58,082 nucleotides of DNA, taken from IMG/VR virus record IMGVR_UViG_3300048856_000104, positions 1 to 58,082 of that record; one strand, written 5' to 3'. Positions 44,775 to 55,451 of this stretch are shown piece by piece. The DNA comes from a virus. Its lineage: Duplodnaviria > Caudoviricetes. The notes below the pieces were generated by a model. The model was not told the origin of the DNA and made no database searches. It worked only from the letters and a program-made list of their open reading frames with translations. The position numbers and the translations under genes are program-made. Each line of letters opens with the position of its first letter. The first letter of the stretch is position 1.

Positions 44775-47700
44775 ATGGAATTACAACTATATAGAAACGA
44801 GAGTCCGCACATAAGTATTCCAATTGACGAGAGTACGGTATTCAGCCAGACTGTTATGGGTGAGCATGTAATCAGGTGCCCATTTATCTCATTTGAGCCT
44901 GTCGATATTAACGAGGGAGATTATATCATGTTCCGAGGAGAAAGGTTTACCCTTAACCGACCGTTTCCCCCTGTACAGAAGAGCAGCGCATCTGAGTTTA
45001 GCTATAATCTGGAATTTGAAGGGTACATATACGACCTGCTGGACATGCCTTATATGCACCTGGGTGCACTTGAATGGAGTCTGTATGGTCCACCAAGAAT
45101 GTTCCTTCAAATACTGGTTGACTGCATGAACAGCATTGGTTCAGGCTGGTCAATTGGAAGTGTTGATGAGGTGCCGGAGCAAACGCTTGCGTTTTACGAA
45201 TCTGGCCGGGGCGTATCATGCAAAGGTGCGCTGGTCAGAGTTGCTGAAGCATTTAAATTAGAATTCTGGCTTAATGGCAAGACGATCAACCTTACAAAGC
45301 AAGCAGGTGTACTAACCAACATTACATTTGAATACGGCAGAGGCCGCGGCCTTTATAGTATTACCAGAGGGAAGATTGATGATGCTGCGTACTTCAACAG
45401 ACTTTATATTCAGGGATCTGACAAGAATATTCCTGTAGGATATCGGGATGGAGCAAAACGACTGCAGATTGATCTTCCATACCTTGAATTGCCACTTACA
45501 GGCGGAAAGAAAAGGCGTGCGAGCTCTGTTGTTATTGACGATATATTTCCCAAGCGGGTAGGAACACTTACGGTAGTGAGTGCAAATATGCTGACCCTTA
45601 CTGATACAAGCCTTGACTTTGATATCAACAGCCAGCGCATTGAAGGGCAAAAAGCAACTGTTGAAGTGGTAAGTGGAGCAAATGCGGGCCGAAGCTTTGA
45701 GATCGCATCTTACAACCATACCAGCAGGAGCATCAATATTACCCCTATTGTAGAATCAGATGGATACACATATCCTAATACAGCCTTTGATTTTAAGGCA
45801 GGTGACCAGTATTTCCTTGCGGGCATCATCATGCCTCAGACTTATGTGACGACTGCTGAATCTGATCTAAAAAGCAAGGGGCTTGAGATACTCAACCAGG
45901 GTTCAAACCTTATTCCGCCTTACGCGGTTGAGGTCCAGGATCACTTCATGAAAGAAAACGGCATTATTGTAAATGCAGGTGACCGGGTAGGATTAAAGGA
46001 TGCTGATCTTGACCTGGACGCTAAAATCCGCGTGTCGGCGATCAAGCTGCCAATTGTAAATCCTGATCAGATTGATCTTATCATCAGCGATGTAGTGATT
46101 TACAATACAACAGAAAAGGCGCTGATTGAGGTGGACCGGGTAAAGCAGGAAACCGTTGTTATCGACAAGACCAACGTTGAGCAGGCGCGTAGGGCAGCTG
46201 TTAACCTTAGGAGCCTTGAAAACAGCATTTTCGATACCGATGGGATGTTTGACGTTGACAAGTTTAATGTTGGCGTGCTTAAAGCGGCTCTGGGTATTTT
46301 TGGCGCTGCATCATCTAACTTTATCCTTAAGGGTGTCTATGTAAATGTTAACTACCAGGGTAATCCGAACTCAGTAAATATCTCCCAGGGAACGCTAAGC
46401 CATTTAGAGATCAAAGGTGCAAATGGATCGGGCGACTGGATCATGGCTGCATCTACACAGACCGGACTTGTGCCGGCTTCCCTATACTACATCTATGCTA
46501 AGTGCAGCAGGAGTTCTCAAAGTGGAACATTCGTAATTACCACAACCCAATACAAATACGATCAGGACCCTTCGTTTTATTATTTCTTAATGGGCGTGGT
46601 CTATCCGGTAAACGGCACATACAGGGATAGCGACATGAGCTATGGTATCAGTTCCATCAACGGAAACAGGATCAAAACCGGGCGCATCGAATCTGTTGAC
46701 GGCCTGACCTGGTTTGATCTGAATAATGCGGAGTTTCATGGAAAGTTCACATTTACAAGTGGGGCGAACGTTGAACAAACGATTATTGACCGCGCCAACA
46801 CAGCCCAGAGCAATGCTAAAACATACTCCGATGGATTAAAAGCATCGTTAGATGGGGAGTTAGATGATCTGAACACCGAACTGAACACTTTGAATACTAC
46901 CATGACCGGGGCGTTCAAAGACGGTATAATCTCCCAGGCTGAAGCTATTGCAATAAAGAACCAGATTAAGGTTATTGATAACGAGAAAGCCGATTTTGAC
47001 AACAGGTACACATCAATATACAATGATGCTTCATTAACCGGTACACCAAAGACAGAACTTGCTTCCGCTAAGACCACATACAACACCTCGTATACTGCTT
47101 TGATTGGTGCCATAAACGCAGCTATTACGACCGGATCCATAAGTCCAGCTGGCATTACCGATGTCAATAACAAGTTTGCTGATTACAAGACCAAGATCGG
47201 TACGCTTTCATTGAAACTGGATGCTGCCATCTCTTTCATATCACAGGCCAAAGCGAGCAAAGCACTTACCGATGCTAATACCTTTACCCAAGGTAAAATT
47301 GATGAGATTAACCAAGATATCAATGATGTAAGCGTTCGAATAGACAATCTTGCTACCGATATCAATCAGGCTTTCTTTGATGGTATTGTATCTGAAGCAG
47401 AAGCAAATTCAATTAGGAAGTATATCAATACTCTAAACACCGAAAAGGTTGATGTAGATAACAGGTACACCGCCATCTACAACAACGCTTCTCTATCTGG
47501 ATCAGCGAAAACCAACTTAGGTGCGGCTAAATCCGTTATGGATACGGCGCACGCCAATCTAATCAGTTCGATTAATACAGCAATCGCTGATGGTAAGGCC
47601 ACAGAAGCGGAATCCACAGATGTAGATAGCAAGTTCGCAGCTTACAGGTTAGCTATCGCCACACTATCTACCCGGTTTGAGCAGGCTATAAACTTCATTG

Positions 47701-49952
47701 CTCAGAATAAAGTGGACAGTCTGCAAATCGGGGGCAGGAATTTACTAAGGAATAGTGGAATTTCGGTCACCACCACGGCCAATAGAGTGGCGTTCTATAG
47801 TCTTGCTGAACCCATGATTGTAGGCCAGGAATATACCATTTCCTTTTTAGGGTCTTTAAGCAGTGGATCACAATACTATGAAATTTATTTAGGCACAAGT
47901 ACAGGAACTTACTTAGCTGCCATTTCTCGCGGTGATAGCAATCTGGGAGTAAGAACGGCTACTTTTATAGGTAAGGCGGGCCCAAATGTGCTATCTATTT
48001 ATAACTCTCCAACAGGATCTACCTCCGCTACAATCGGGTGGGCTATGCTCACGAAAGGGAATAAAGCAGCAGTAGACTGGTCACCGGCACCAGAAGATAT
48101 TGTAGCTGAAGCGAACGCCTACACACAAGGGCAGTTAATTGCGGTGAATAAAGATATTCAGGATGTATCAACCCGTATAGATAGCCTTGACACTTACATA
48201 GATGGTGCGTTCTCTGATGGCGTGGTAGATACTGCTGAAGCAAAAGCCATTGAGAAGTATCTGAATTCAATCGGTTCTGAGAAAGGCGATATCGATAACA
48301 GGTACAATGTGATATACGGGGATACTTTGCTTACAGGAACAACTAAAAGTAACTTAGCGACAGCCAAAGGAAGCTACGACACCGCACACAGCGCCCTGCT
48401 CAGCGCAATCAACACAGCTATTTCTGACGGTAAGGCAACAACAGCAGAGAAAACAAATGTTGACAGCAAATTTGCAGCTTATAAGGCTGCAATTGCCACT
48501 TTATCTACGAGGTTCGAGCAAGCAATTAACTTTATTGGGCAAGCCAAAGCTACAGCAGCACAGAATGCAGCTGGCGGATATACTGACACCAAATCAGCAG
48601 AAACTTTAGCTGCTGCACAAACCTATGCCAACAACGCAGCGCAGAGTAAGGCGGACATTGCTCAGGCTGCTGCGATATCCACAGCATCGGCCGATGCGCA
48701 AACAAAAGCTACAGCGGCGCAGAATGCAGCGACCTTACTATCTCAGCAGTTGATCGAGGGCCTTGCAATAGGTGTAAGAAATTACATTGCTAAGAAATTC
48801 ATCAAAGAATGGGCAAGGACGGGTTTAACAGTAACATCAGGTACGGATGCTAATGGAAGTTATATTCGGTTCAATAATGTTCAGTTATATAATGTGCTGG
48901 CCGGGGGCGAATCGCACAACGACATCTTCGAGGGTAAAATCAAATTTCTGCCAGGGACACAATACACCTTGTCTATTAAAATATCAACCGAGGGCAATCA
49001 AATCGGGTATTTCGGGCTATGGTACACTGATGGAACAAAAACAAACCTGAACCTAAATTCTCTCACCGTAAACGTACCGTATACAACATCGGTAACATCC
49101 ACAGCCGGGAAAACGATAGACAAGGTGTCTTTCGTTTACAACCTTTCCGCCAACTGCAGGATATATGAGATGCAGATGGTTACAGGAACTAAAAGTAATG
49201 ACTGGATACCCGCAGTTGAAGATGTACAATTGGCAATTGATGCAGCTAAAGCGGCAGCAGATGCAGCTCAAACGGCATACAACAACCTTACCGGCCAACT
49301 TAAATCTATGGCCTACCAGGACGTGGTGGAGCTGGCAAAGCTGGGAACAACGGTAATTCAGAACGGATACTTGAGAAGTACCCTTATCGATGTAGCCTAC
49401 TTAAAGGCCAACGTGATAAACGCAGGTTACATCAACTCCCTTCAAATTTTTGGTAATACACTCCAGACGGTGAATACCGGTGCCGGGTATATCCGGATTG
49501 AAGGCAATACGATTTTATCGTACAACCCTAACGGCAATATCGCTAGAAAGCAAACAGTTGAGAATGGCGTAGTTAAGGATATCTGGTACACTGTAGACGG
49601 CAGGAAGTATTATGAGATAGGCCAGGAAGGTCAGAAGAACTACATCACTGATCCAAATGCAGGTACAGGTATTAAGTACGAAACCAAGTTCGCCTATAAG
49701 TCGAATGACTGGTCAGCAGGATGCGTTTTCCTTGGTGGTAATCCCACTTCCGAGCGATCTGCATGGTACGTCGTAGGCGGACCTAATAACGGTAAGTACT
49801 ATGATGATGCATCCCTTAACACTCCGTGCAACGGATACTACTATGCCATGCAAGCAAATGAAGCCGGCGTGAGGACATTCTCTAGGTTCACCAATGGTCT
49901 GGTAACGGCATACGGAGATTGTCAGAATGGAGTACAGGTAGGAGTAGAATAA
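44775..49952 (+). CDS. Large tail tip/baseplate hub protein with helical repeats and CBM-like inserts
   Basis: N-terminal hub (YGRGRGLY, DIFPKRVGT); three 110-aa repeats; two IGxRN...WxPAxED domains. Confidence 0.85.
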   Translation: MELQLYRNESPHISIPIDESTVFSQTVMGEHVIRCPFISFEPVDINEGDYIMFRGERFTLNRPFPPVQKSSASEFSYNLEFEGYIYDLLDMPYMHLGALEWSLYGPPRMFLQILVDCMNSIGSGWSIGSVDEVPEQTLAFYESGRGVSCKGALVRVAEAFKLEFWLNGKTINLTKQAGVLTNITFEYGRGRGLYSITRGKIDDAAYFNRLYIQGSDKNIPVGYRDGAKRLQIDLPYLELPLTGGKKRRASSVVIDDIFPKRVGTLTVVSANMLTLTDTSLDFDINSQRIEGQKATVEVVSGANAGRSFEIASYNHTSRSINITPIVESDGYTYPNTAFDFKAGDQYFLAGIIMPQTYVTTAESDLKSKGLEILNQGSNLIPPYAVEVQDHFMKENGIIVNAGDRVGLKDADLDLDAKIRVSAIKLPIVNPDQIDLIISDVVIYNTTEKALIEVDRVKQETVVIDKTNVEQARRAAVNLRSLENSIFDTDGMFDVDKFNVGVLKAALGIFGAASSNFILKGVYVNVNYQGNPNSVNISQGTLSHLEIKGANGSGDWIMAASTQTGLVPASLYYIYAKCSRSSQSGTFVITTTQYKYDQDPSFYYFLMGVVYPVNGTYRDSDMSYGISSINGNRIKTGRIESVDGLTWFDLNNAEFHGKFTFTSGANVEQTIIDRANTAQSNAKTYSDGLKASLDGELDDLNTELNTLNTTMTGAFKDGIISQAEAIAIKNQIKVIDNEKADFDNRYTSIYNDASLTGTPKTELASAKTTYNTSYTALIGAINAAITTGSISPAGITDVNNKFADYKTKIGTLSLKLDAAISFISQAKASKALTDANTFTQGKIDEINQDINDVSVRIDNLATDINQAFFDGIVSEAEANSIRKYINTLNTEKVDVDNRYTAIYNNASLSGSAKTNLGAAKSVMDTAHANLISSINTAIADGKATEAESTDVDSKFAAYRLAIATLSTRFEQAINFIAQNKVDSLQIGGRNLLRNSGISVTTTANRVAFYSLAEPMIVGQEYTISFLGSLSSGSQYYEIYLGTSTGTYLAAISRGDSNLGVRTATFIGKAGPNVLSIYNSPTGSTSATIGWAMLTKGNKAAVDWSPAPEDIVAEANAYTQGQLIAVNKDIQDVSTRIDSLDTYIDGAFSDGVVDTAEAKAIEKYLNSIGSEKGDIDNRYNVIYGDTLLTGTTKSNLATAKGSYDTAHSALLSAINTAISDGKATTAEKTNVDSKFAAYKAAIATLSTRFEQAINFIGQAKATAAQNAAGGYTDTKSAETLAAAQTYANNAAQSKADIAQAAAISTASADAQTKATAAQNAATLLSQQLIEGLAIGVRNYIAKKFIKEWARTGLTVTSGTDANGSYIRFNNVQLYNVLAGGESHNDIFEGKIKFLPGTQYTLSIKISTEGNQIGYFGLWYTDGTKTNLNLNSLTVNVPYTTSVTSTAGKTIDKVSFVYNLSANCRIYEMQMVTGTKSNDWIPAVEDVQLAIDAAKAAADAAQTAYNNLTGQLKSMAYQDVVELAKLGTTVIQNGYLRSTLIDVAYLKANVINAGYINSLQIFGNTLQTVNTGAGYIRIEGNTILSYNPNGNIARKQTVENGVVKDIWYTVDGRKYYEIGQEGQKNYITDPNAGTGIKYETKFAYKSNDWSAGCVFLGGNPTSERSAWYVVGGPNNGKYYDDASLNTPCNGYYYAMQANEAGVRTFSRFTNGLVTAYGDCQNGVQVGVE
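46911..48536 (+). repeat. Three ungapped 330-nt/110-aa repeats
   Basis: 46911-47240, 47370-47699 and 48207-48536, each AFxDG...AIxFI. Confidence 0.85.
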
Positions 49953-49972
49953 TTAATTAACAAACAAATAAA

Positions 49973-50260
49973 ATGGCAAGAACAAATCAAAAGACAGTAG
50001 TTAAGAACTACGATGTGGATACCGTAAACGGCTGGAGCCTTAACTACGAGTATGAAAGTGAAAACGGTGCATCACCTGCAGAAATCAGGATCACTGGAAA
50101 CAAAGGACAGAGTAGCGTATACATTTCAAAGACAAGCACCAATATGTCTGTAAACTTCAGCGGTGCTATAGGCTTTGATATGGAGGTTATAATGTCAGTG
50201 AACAGTGAGATTGACGCAGTTTTGGGATCATTCTCAACTGAACCAGAAGTAACAGAGTAA
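49973..50260 (+). CDS. Small tail-associated hypothetical protein
   Basis: Follows the tail tip gene. Confidence 0.65.
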   Translation: MARTNQKTVVKNYDVDTVNGWSLNYEYESENGASPAEIRITGNKGQSSVYISKTSTNMSVNFSGAIGFDMEVIMSVNSEIDAVLGSFSTEPEVTE

Positions 50261-50265
50261 TCAAC

Positions 50266-50284
50266 AGGGCTTCGGCCCTTCTTT
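50266..50284 (+). terminator. Intrinsic terminator
   Basis: AGGGC-TTCG-GCCCT then TCTTT. Confidence 0.65.
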
Positions 50285-50293
50285 AATTTAACT

Positions 50294-51511
50294 ATGAAAG
50301 ATTTCTTTAAAGCATTGATGGATGCTATACGCTCGTTATTTGGCTTATCTGTTCAGCCAGCACCCACTAAGGATGAACAAGTTATCATACCGACTGAACC
50401 GCCGATTGTGGTGGAGCCTCCTAAGCCAAACCCAGTACTCGAACCCGAGCAACTCGAACCAGTAACTGAAGTAAAGCCGGAACCGAAACCAGTTGAGCAG
50501 CCAAAACCGGAGCCGGTGATCATTCCCATCACGCCCAAACCGGAACCTAAACCAGATTCTCTTCCACCGGCAGCTAATCTAACGCTAAAGCAATCTCCTA
50601 TTAAATGGGGTCTTGCAATGAAAGAGGCTCATTTAAAAGATAAGGAGATCATTGAGGAAGCATTTAAGCACTTTGGATCTTTGTCAGGCGAAAACAGCTT
50701 TAAGCCTGGTCACATACAGAAGAAAGAAGGTGTTTTTGATTTCAGCAATGCAAAGGCACTGGTCAAAATAGCCAAGGCTAAAGGCATGCGTGTTCATGGC
50801 CATGCATGCTTTGTCTGGCCCTCACAACAATCTAAGTTGCCTAAGTTCTGGCATGAAGCTGCGAAGGACAAAAAGAAATACATTGCCTTACTTAAAAATT
50901 CAGTTCAAACCGTCGTAAGAGAGTTTAAAGAAGATGTGTTCGCTTGGGATATTGTTAACGAAGCCCATGAAGATGATGGAAGTCTGCGCCCTTGCTATGC
51001 ACTGACTCATATGGGCCCTAGCTACATTGAGCAGATAGCGGGATGGGTAAAGGAAGTCCAACACACAGCTCAACGATTCATATCTGATTATGATTTCGAA
51101 ACATCCAGCAATAAGGCTGCAGTTGTAATTGAGTATGCAGGTTCACTGAAAAAGAAAGGCATCATTGAGGGGATTAGCTCCCAGATGCATATCAGACTTA
51201 AGATGAAGTATGATACCTACGTGGAGCGTCTCCAGCGCATGGCCAAAGCTGGATTACTGGTTCACCTTTCAGAACTTGATGTCGTTGCAACTCCTGCGCA
51301 GGAGAAAGAAAAGGCCGAAAAGTACAAAGAGGTAGTAAAGGGTTTCCGAACGCTGCCAGGATCCTTGCAGTATGGTATTACGGTTTGGTCTTTCCAGGAT
51401 GATTGGAATTTCATGAACTATCAAAAGGATCCGAAGCCGTTTGCACCGGCGATATTCAGCAAAGGGTATAAAGGAGGGTTGACCTTGCCTGCAATACTAA
51501 GCGTCAAGTAA
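50294..51511 (+). CDS. Stand-alone GH10 glycoside hydrolase with a Pro-rich N-terminal linker
   Basis: GENSFKP, VHGH..VW, WDIVNE, SDYD, SSQMH, LSELD, WSFQD. Confidence 0.88.
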   Translation: MKDFFKALMDAIRSLFGLSVQPAPTKDEQVIIPTEPPIVVEPPKPNPVLEPEQLEPVTEVKPEPKPVEQPKPEPVIIPITPKPEPKPDSLPPAANLTLKQSPIKWGLAMKEAHLKDKEIIEEAFKHFGSLSGENSFKPGHIQKKEGVFDFSNAKALVKIAKAKGMRVHGHACFVWPSQQSKLPKFWHEAAKDKKKYIALLKNSVQTVVREFKEDVFAWDIVNEAHEDDGSLRPCYALTHMGPSYIEQIAGWVKEVQHTAQRFISDYDFETSSNKAAVVIEYAGSLKKKGIIEGISSQMHIRLKMKYDTYVERLQRMAKAGLLVHLSELDVVATPAQEKEKAEKYKEVVKGFRTLPGSLQYGITVWSFQDDWNFMNYQKDPKPFAPAIFSKGYKGGLTLPAILSVK

Positions 51512-51520
51512 ACTATATAG

Positions 51521-51548
51521 AGAGACAGCCGCGAACTGTCTCTTTTTT
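51521..51548 (+). terminator. Intrinsic terminator
   Basis: AGAGACAG/CTGTCTCT then TTTTT. Confidence 0.75.
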
Positions 51549-51632
51549 ATTTAGCATGATATCCAAGTGTTGACGTATTAGAATCCAGTGCCCTTTAGCT
51601 GGGCGGTAAATTTGTACATCAAGATTAGGTGT

Positions 51633-52220
51633 ATGGCAAATTTTAAAATTGCGGAGATATTAACGGGAATAAACGAAGGCGGTTATGCAAATAATCCTTC
51701 TGATCGGGGCGGTGAAACCTTCGCTGGTATCGCTCGAAAGTTTTGGCCAAAATGGGAAGGATGGAAAAAGATTGACAAATACAAAGCTGAATATCCAAAT
51801 CTAAGCCCTGCATTAAAGAAGCGTTTCACATTAGCCAAATGGATAAACAGTTCAACTAAGGTACCATCTGAAGGCGTAAGCCAGATGATATCTGACTTTT
51901 ATAGAGTAGAATTTTGGTTAGCAAACAAACTTGATCAAATCCATGATCAGCAACTAGCGAATACCATTTATGATTTTGGTGTAAACTCGGGTAAGGGACG
52001 TGCCGTTCAGTTTCTTGAACAAATATTCGGCGTGAAGAAAGATGGTATCATGGATCCAGTTGTGATTGACCTAGTAAATAGATCCGATCCGAAAACCATT
52101 TATAACAAATACAACGCCGCTCGTGAAGCAGCTTATCGGTCGTGGGCGGTTGGAGACCAGGCTCAGTTTCTTAGATCATGGCTAAGCAGGTTAGAGCCAT
52201 ACAACGAAAATGCAGCATAG
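51633..52220 (+). CDS. Endolysin, glycosyl hydrolase family 108
   Basis: EGGYANNPSDRGGETFAGI, DFGVNSG, FLRSWLSR; TAAATTTG promoter at 51607. Confidence 0.9.
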   Translation: MANFKIAEILTGINEGGYANNPSDRGGETFAGIARKFWPKWEGWKKIDKYKAEYPNLSPALKKRFTLAKWINSSTKVPSEGVSQMISDFYRVEFWLANKLDQIHDQQLANTIYDFGVNSGKGRAVQFLEQIFGVKKDGIMDPVVIDLVNRSDPKTIYNKYNAAREAAYRSWAVGDQAQFLRSWLSRLEPYNENAA

Positions 52221-52548
52221 AATGGAGAGTTTAAATCCTAAGGTGACCTTCGAGCAGATACTCAAGTCACCACCAGTGTATATGTTAATGGTAGCTGTTG
52301 CCATGCTTTCCTTCTTCGTGTATAAGTACGCCCTGAGCACTGAACAGGTGAATGCGAACTGTGAAGCGGAAAAGACCGAACTACGGAAAGAGTTGAAGCA
52401 GGTTCGAGCCGATAACGCTGCCTTTGTAACAGCCATTATGGTTAAAAACGGAATTATTTTACAACAAGCACAAGATAAAAAGGAGTTGGATAGTGCTATA
52501 GAAAACAAGCTTAGGCCTAAAGCACGCGAAATTTTAAAAGAACAGTAA
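52210..52548 (+). CDS. Membrane protein of the lysis cassette (holin or antiholin candidate)
   Basis: One TM plus a coiled coil; overlaps the endolysin gene. Confidence 0.5.
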   Translation: MQHRMESLNPKVTFEQILKSPPVYMLMVAVAMLSFFVYKYALSTEQVNANCEAEKTELRKELKQVRADNAAFVTAIMVKNGIILQQAQDKKELDSAIENKLRPKAREILKEQ

Positions 52549-52549
52549 T

Positions 52550-53347
52550 ATGAAAATTATCATCAAAGTTATCATTTCGCTCATTATCCTAGCTGCTGCC
52601 GGGTACTTTGTTTATGACTACTTCCAAAAACTTCAGGAGCTTAAACAGGTTAAGCAGGCAGATACTTATGTTAAAAAGAAGATCCAGGCCGAAGCCAAGG
52701 AGATCAAGCGCAAGGTTGATGAGAATGGTATTGAAACTGTTCTTTTCGATGTAAACAGCAACAAAGGCAGCGTATCTGAACTATTAGCTACTAAAGACAC
52801 TAAAGACGTCATAGATACCACTGCGATGGCTTTAGACATCCGAACCAAACAATTAAAGCAGATACTTGTGGTAAAAGCTACATTAGAAGCTGAAAACGTA
52901 AAACTCAAAAGGCAACTAGATGCTGCACAGCGTCCATTCTATACCTATTCTGGAAACGGGCTCGACCTTAAATTTACACCTCCAAACGAGATAGATACAA
53001 ATGCTCGAGCTGAGTTCACAGCGAACGTGAATATTAAAGCTACCCAGTACTGGAAACGCAGCTGGTTCCTCGGAACAAAGAAGAGCATCCTTGCTGTGAG
53101 TACTGATAATCCCATGTTCAAGATCAACGGAGCTGACTTTGTCGAGGTCGAACAAAAACAACCAACGTTTGGCCTAAGAGTTCAGGCAAGTACTTCATAC
53201 AACTTTGAGAAAGGTTCTTTAGGCTTCGGCCCGGCGGTTCGATTTGACGCTGGCCGCTTCAGCTTTCAGGGGAGATACAGCAAGTTCCCGAATGATGCTA
53301 AGTGGAAGCCGAGTGTTAATGCAAGCTTCGATATCTTAAGATTTTAA
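52550..53347 (+). CDS. Spanin-like protein
   Basis: N-terminal TM, coiled coil, beta-strand C-terminus ending in F. Confidence 0.5.
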   Translation: MKIIIKVIISLIILAAAGYFVYDYFQKLQELKQVKQADTYVKKKIQAEAKEIKRKVDENGIETVLFDVNSNKGSVSELLATKDTKDVIDTTAMALDIRTKQLKQILVVKATLEAENVKLKRQLDAAQRPFYTYSGNGLDLKFTPPNEIDTNARAEFTANVNIKATQYWKRSWFLGTKKSILAVSTDNPMFKINGADFVEVEQKQPTFGLRVQASTSYNFEKGSLGFGPAVRFDAGRFSFQGRYSKFPNDAKWKPSVNASFDILRF

Positions 53348-53349
53348 CA

Positions 53350-53712
53350 ATGAACTTTATTCAAGAACATGTATTTCCAGACCATAAACAGGGCGGCGGC
53401 TTAGATCCTTTCGAACTAGATACATCTTACGAGACGTCTGGTGATCCTTTAGATCTTTCTGGCGCAACCATACTTATGCAGTTACGGGATAGCCGTGGAC
53501 ATCTCGGATGGGAGTTTTCAACCCTTGAAAGTGCGGACACTAAAATCACCGGCACCTCTGATGGTGTCATACAATTCCCAACCATCAACTCCTGGGATAT
53601 CAAACCCACCAACTACTCCTATGATCTGAAAATTATAGAGGCTTCAGGTTTTGTTAGGTACGCGTTAACGGGAACCTGGAAGATCGTTCCAAGTATCAGT
53701 AAGGAGGAATAA
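53350..53712 (+). CDS. BppU-like adaptor protein
   Basis: PLDLSGATILMQLR...YSYDL...G pattern. Confidence 0.65.
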   Translation: MNFIQEHVFPDHKQGGGLDPFELDTSYETSGDPLDLSGATILMQLRDSRGHLGWEFSTLESADTKITGTSDGVIQFPTINSWDIKPTNYSYDLKIIEASGFVRYALTGTWKIVPSISKEE

Positions 53713-53713
53713 G

Positions 53714-53920
53714 ATGGAGGACAACATTAAAGTAATTATCAGAAAGCAGAACCGTAGCGTGAATGTAGGTATCAAACAGACATCTACTAATGTGGATGTT
53801 GTCGTTTCAGAACCTGGAAGTGGTCAGAGTGATGCCAACGCTGTGACTGCCCTTCGCAACGAACTCGGAGACTTTAAAGCAGATTTATCACTTCTTTTTA
53901 AAATAGCAACAGAATTATGA
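53714..53920 (+). CDS. Small fibre-module protein
   Basis: Coupled to the neighbouring genes. Confidence 0.6.
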   Translation: MEDNIKVIIRKQNRSVNVGIKQTSTNVDVVVSEPGSGQSDANAVTALRNELGDFKADLSLLFKIATEL

Positions 53921-54423
53921 CTTTAGAACAAAGATTAAGGGACCTTATTAATTCAATAGGTTCGAAACTGAAGCCGTTGATTACAGGTCAAGGTGACTTA
54001 AGCACATTAGCGACTACAAACAAAGATAGCCTGGTTGACGCAATCAACGAATTATCGGGGCTTATTGGAACCGGGGGTGAATCATCCGTTATCAATGATG
54101 CGGCTACCAGCGGAACTGCTGAAACATATTCCGTCAACAAGATCCTGATGCTCCTCAATGGGCTGCGTGATGAGATCATGGGAGAAGATGTATCTGCAGC
54201 TATGAATTCGTTCCGGGAAATACAGGACGCGCTCGAAGCCGATGAAACAGTCACGTCTGCCCTTGTTACTGCAATGGCTAAACGTGTAAGTGTAAGTTCA
54301 GCTCAGGCATTTACGGCTGAAGAAAAAGAACAAGGCCGTGCAAACTTAGGGGCATACGGGGCAACTGAAATCGGAAACCCTGACACTGACTTGGTAGCAT
54401 TACTTAACAGCGCCTTAGCATGA
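53917..54423 (+). CDS. Fibre/connector protein
   Basis: GDLSTLATTNKDSLVDAINE fibre motif. Confidence 0.7.
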   Translation: MTLEQRLRDLINSIGSKLKPLITGQGDLSTLATTNKDSLVDAINELSGLIGTGGESSVINDAATSGTAETYSVNKILMLLNGLRDEIMGEDVSAAMNSFREIQDALEADETVTSALVTAMAKRVSVSSAQAFTAEEKEQGRANLGAYGATEIGNPDTDLVALLNSALA

Positions 54424-55451
54424 CGTTGATCGAACGCATACAAGAATTTATAACAGCTATCGGTGATGTGCTTAAAGCCAAAGCAGACCTGGTGGATGGT
54501 GTTGTGCCTATGGAACAGCTTCCAGATGCTACGCTTTCTGAGGATCAGTTCGAAACATTGCCCAGCGGCAAGATCGGTATCAAAACCAGCTACCTGCAGT
54601 CTCTTGGACTTGGCGGAACTCCTGCTATTCCTGTAATCACCAAACAGCCGCAAAGCCAAAACCTGACAGTAGGCGATACTTTGACTTTAGAGGTTGACTT
54701 CAGTGGTATTGGGATACTTACCTGGGAGGGCAGCACTGACGGCGGTAATACTTTCCCTTATGAAAATGGGCATGATAAAGTAATCACCATTACAAATGTG
54801 CAGCTGACCGATAAAGGCCACTATAGGGTTAGAATAAATTACAGCGGTGGCGTGCTCCATAGCGATGTCGCTGCAATCACTGTAAATGAAGCTACTGTTG
54901 AGGAGCCGGGATCTATCCAACCGGTAACAGCATGGCATGGGTTAGTGAATGGTGTGGCGTTGAATGAAAACAGTTTTTCTTTCACAACTCCAGCGGGGGC
55001 ATATGGTTACACATTTGCTGACAAGAAAATTCCATCTGGTGCAGATGCTTACGTTCAATTTGACGGTTTAATCCCTACGCAGCCGAGCATTGCGACGGCA
55101 ATACTGTCATTAACAAGCACAATGGATGCTACCCATGGCCATGATGCAGGAATAAACGCTTGGTACACCAACTCAAACAAAATCGTTTCCCGTATTGCCG
55201 GTGAATGGAACGATAGCGCATGGACAGCAGGAACTGGCCAACAGGTAAACGGAACAGTTGCGGACACTAAAATTAGGTTGCGCGTGGATGCAACAACAGC
55301 ATACATCGAATCATCAATTAATGGTGGGGTGGACTGGCTACTGGTGAGATCGGGAGTAAGACCTGCAGGCGACTTATTTTTAAGGGTGTTTGTTCAAGTT
55401 GGCGAAACAAATACAGTAATAAATAACATCCAAGGTTCGGGGCTAGTATAA
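54420..55451 (+). CDS. Ig-domain fibre protein
   Basis: KADLVDGVVP..QLP; PVITKQPQS...DKGHYRV Ig domain; C-terminal beta-sandwich. Confidence 0.75.
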   Translation: MTLIERIQEFITAIGDVLKAKADLVDGVVPMEQLPDATLSEDQFETLPSGKIGIKTSYLQSLGLGGTPAIPVITKQPQSQNLTVGDTLTLEVDFSGIGILTWEGSTDGGNTFPYENGHDKVITITNVQLTDKGHYRVRINYSGGVLHSDVAAITVNEATVEEPGSIQPVTAWHGLVNGVALNENSFSFTTPAGAYGYTFADKKIPSGADAYVQFDGLIPTQPSIATAILSLTSTMDATHGHDAGINAWYTNSNKIVSRIAGEWNDSAWTAGTGQQVNGTVADTKIRLRVDATTAYIESSINGGVDWLLVRSGVRPAGDLFLRVFVQVGETNTVINNIQGSGLV

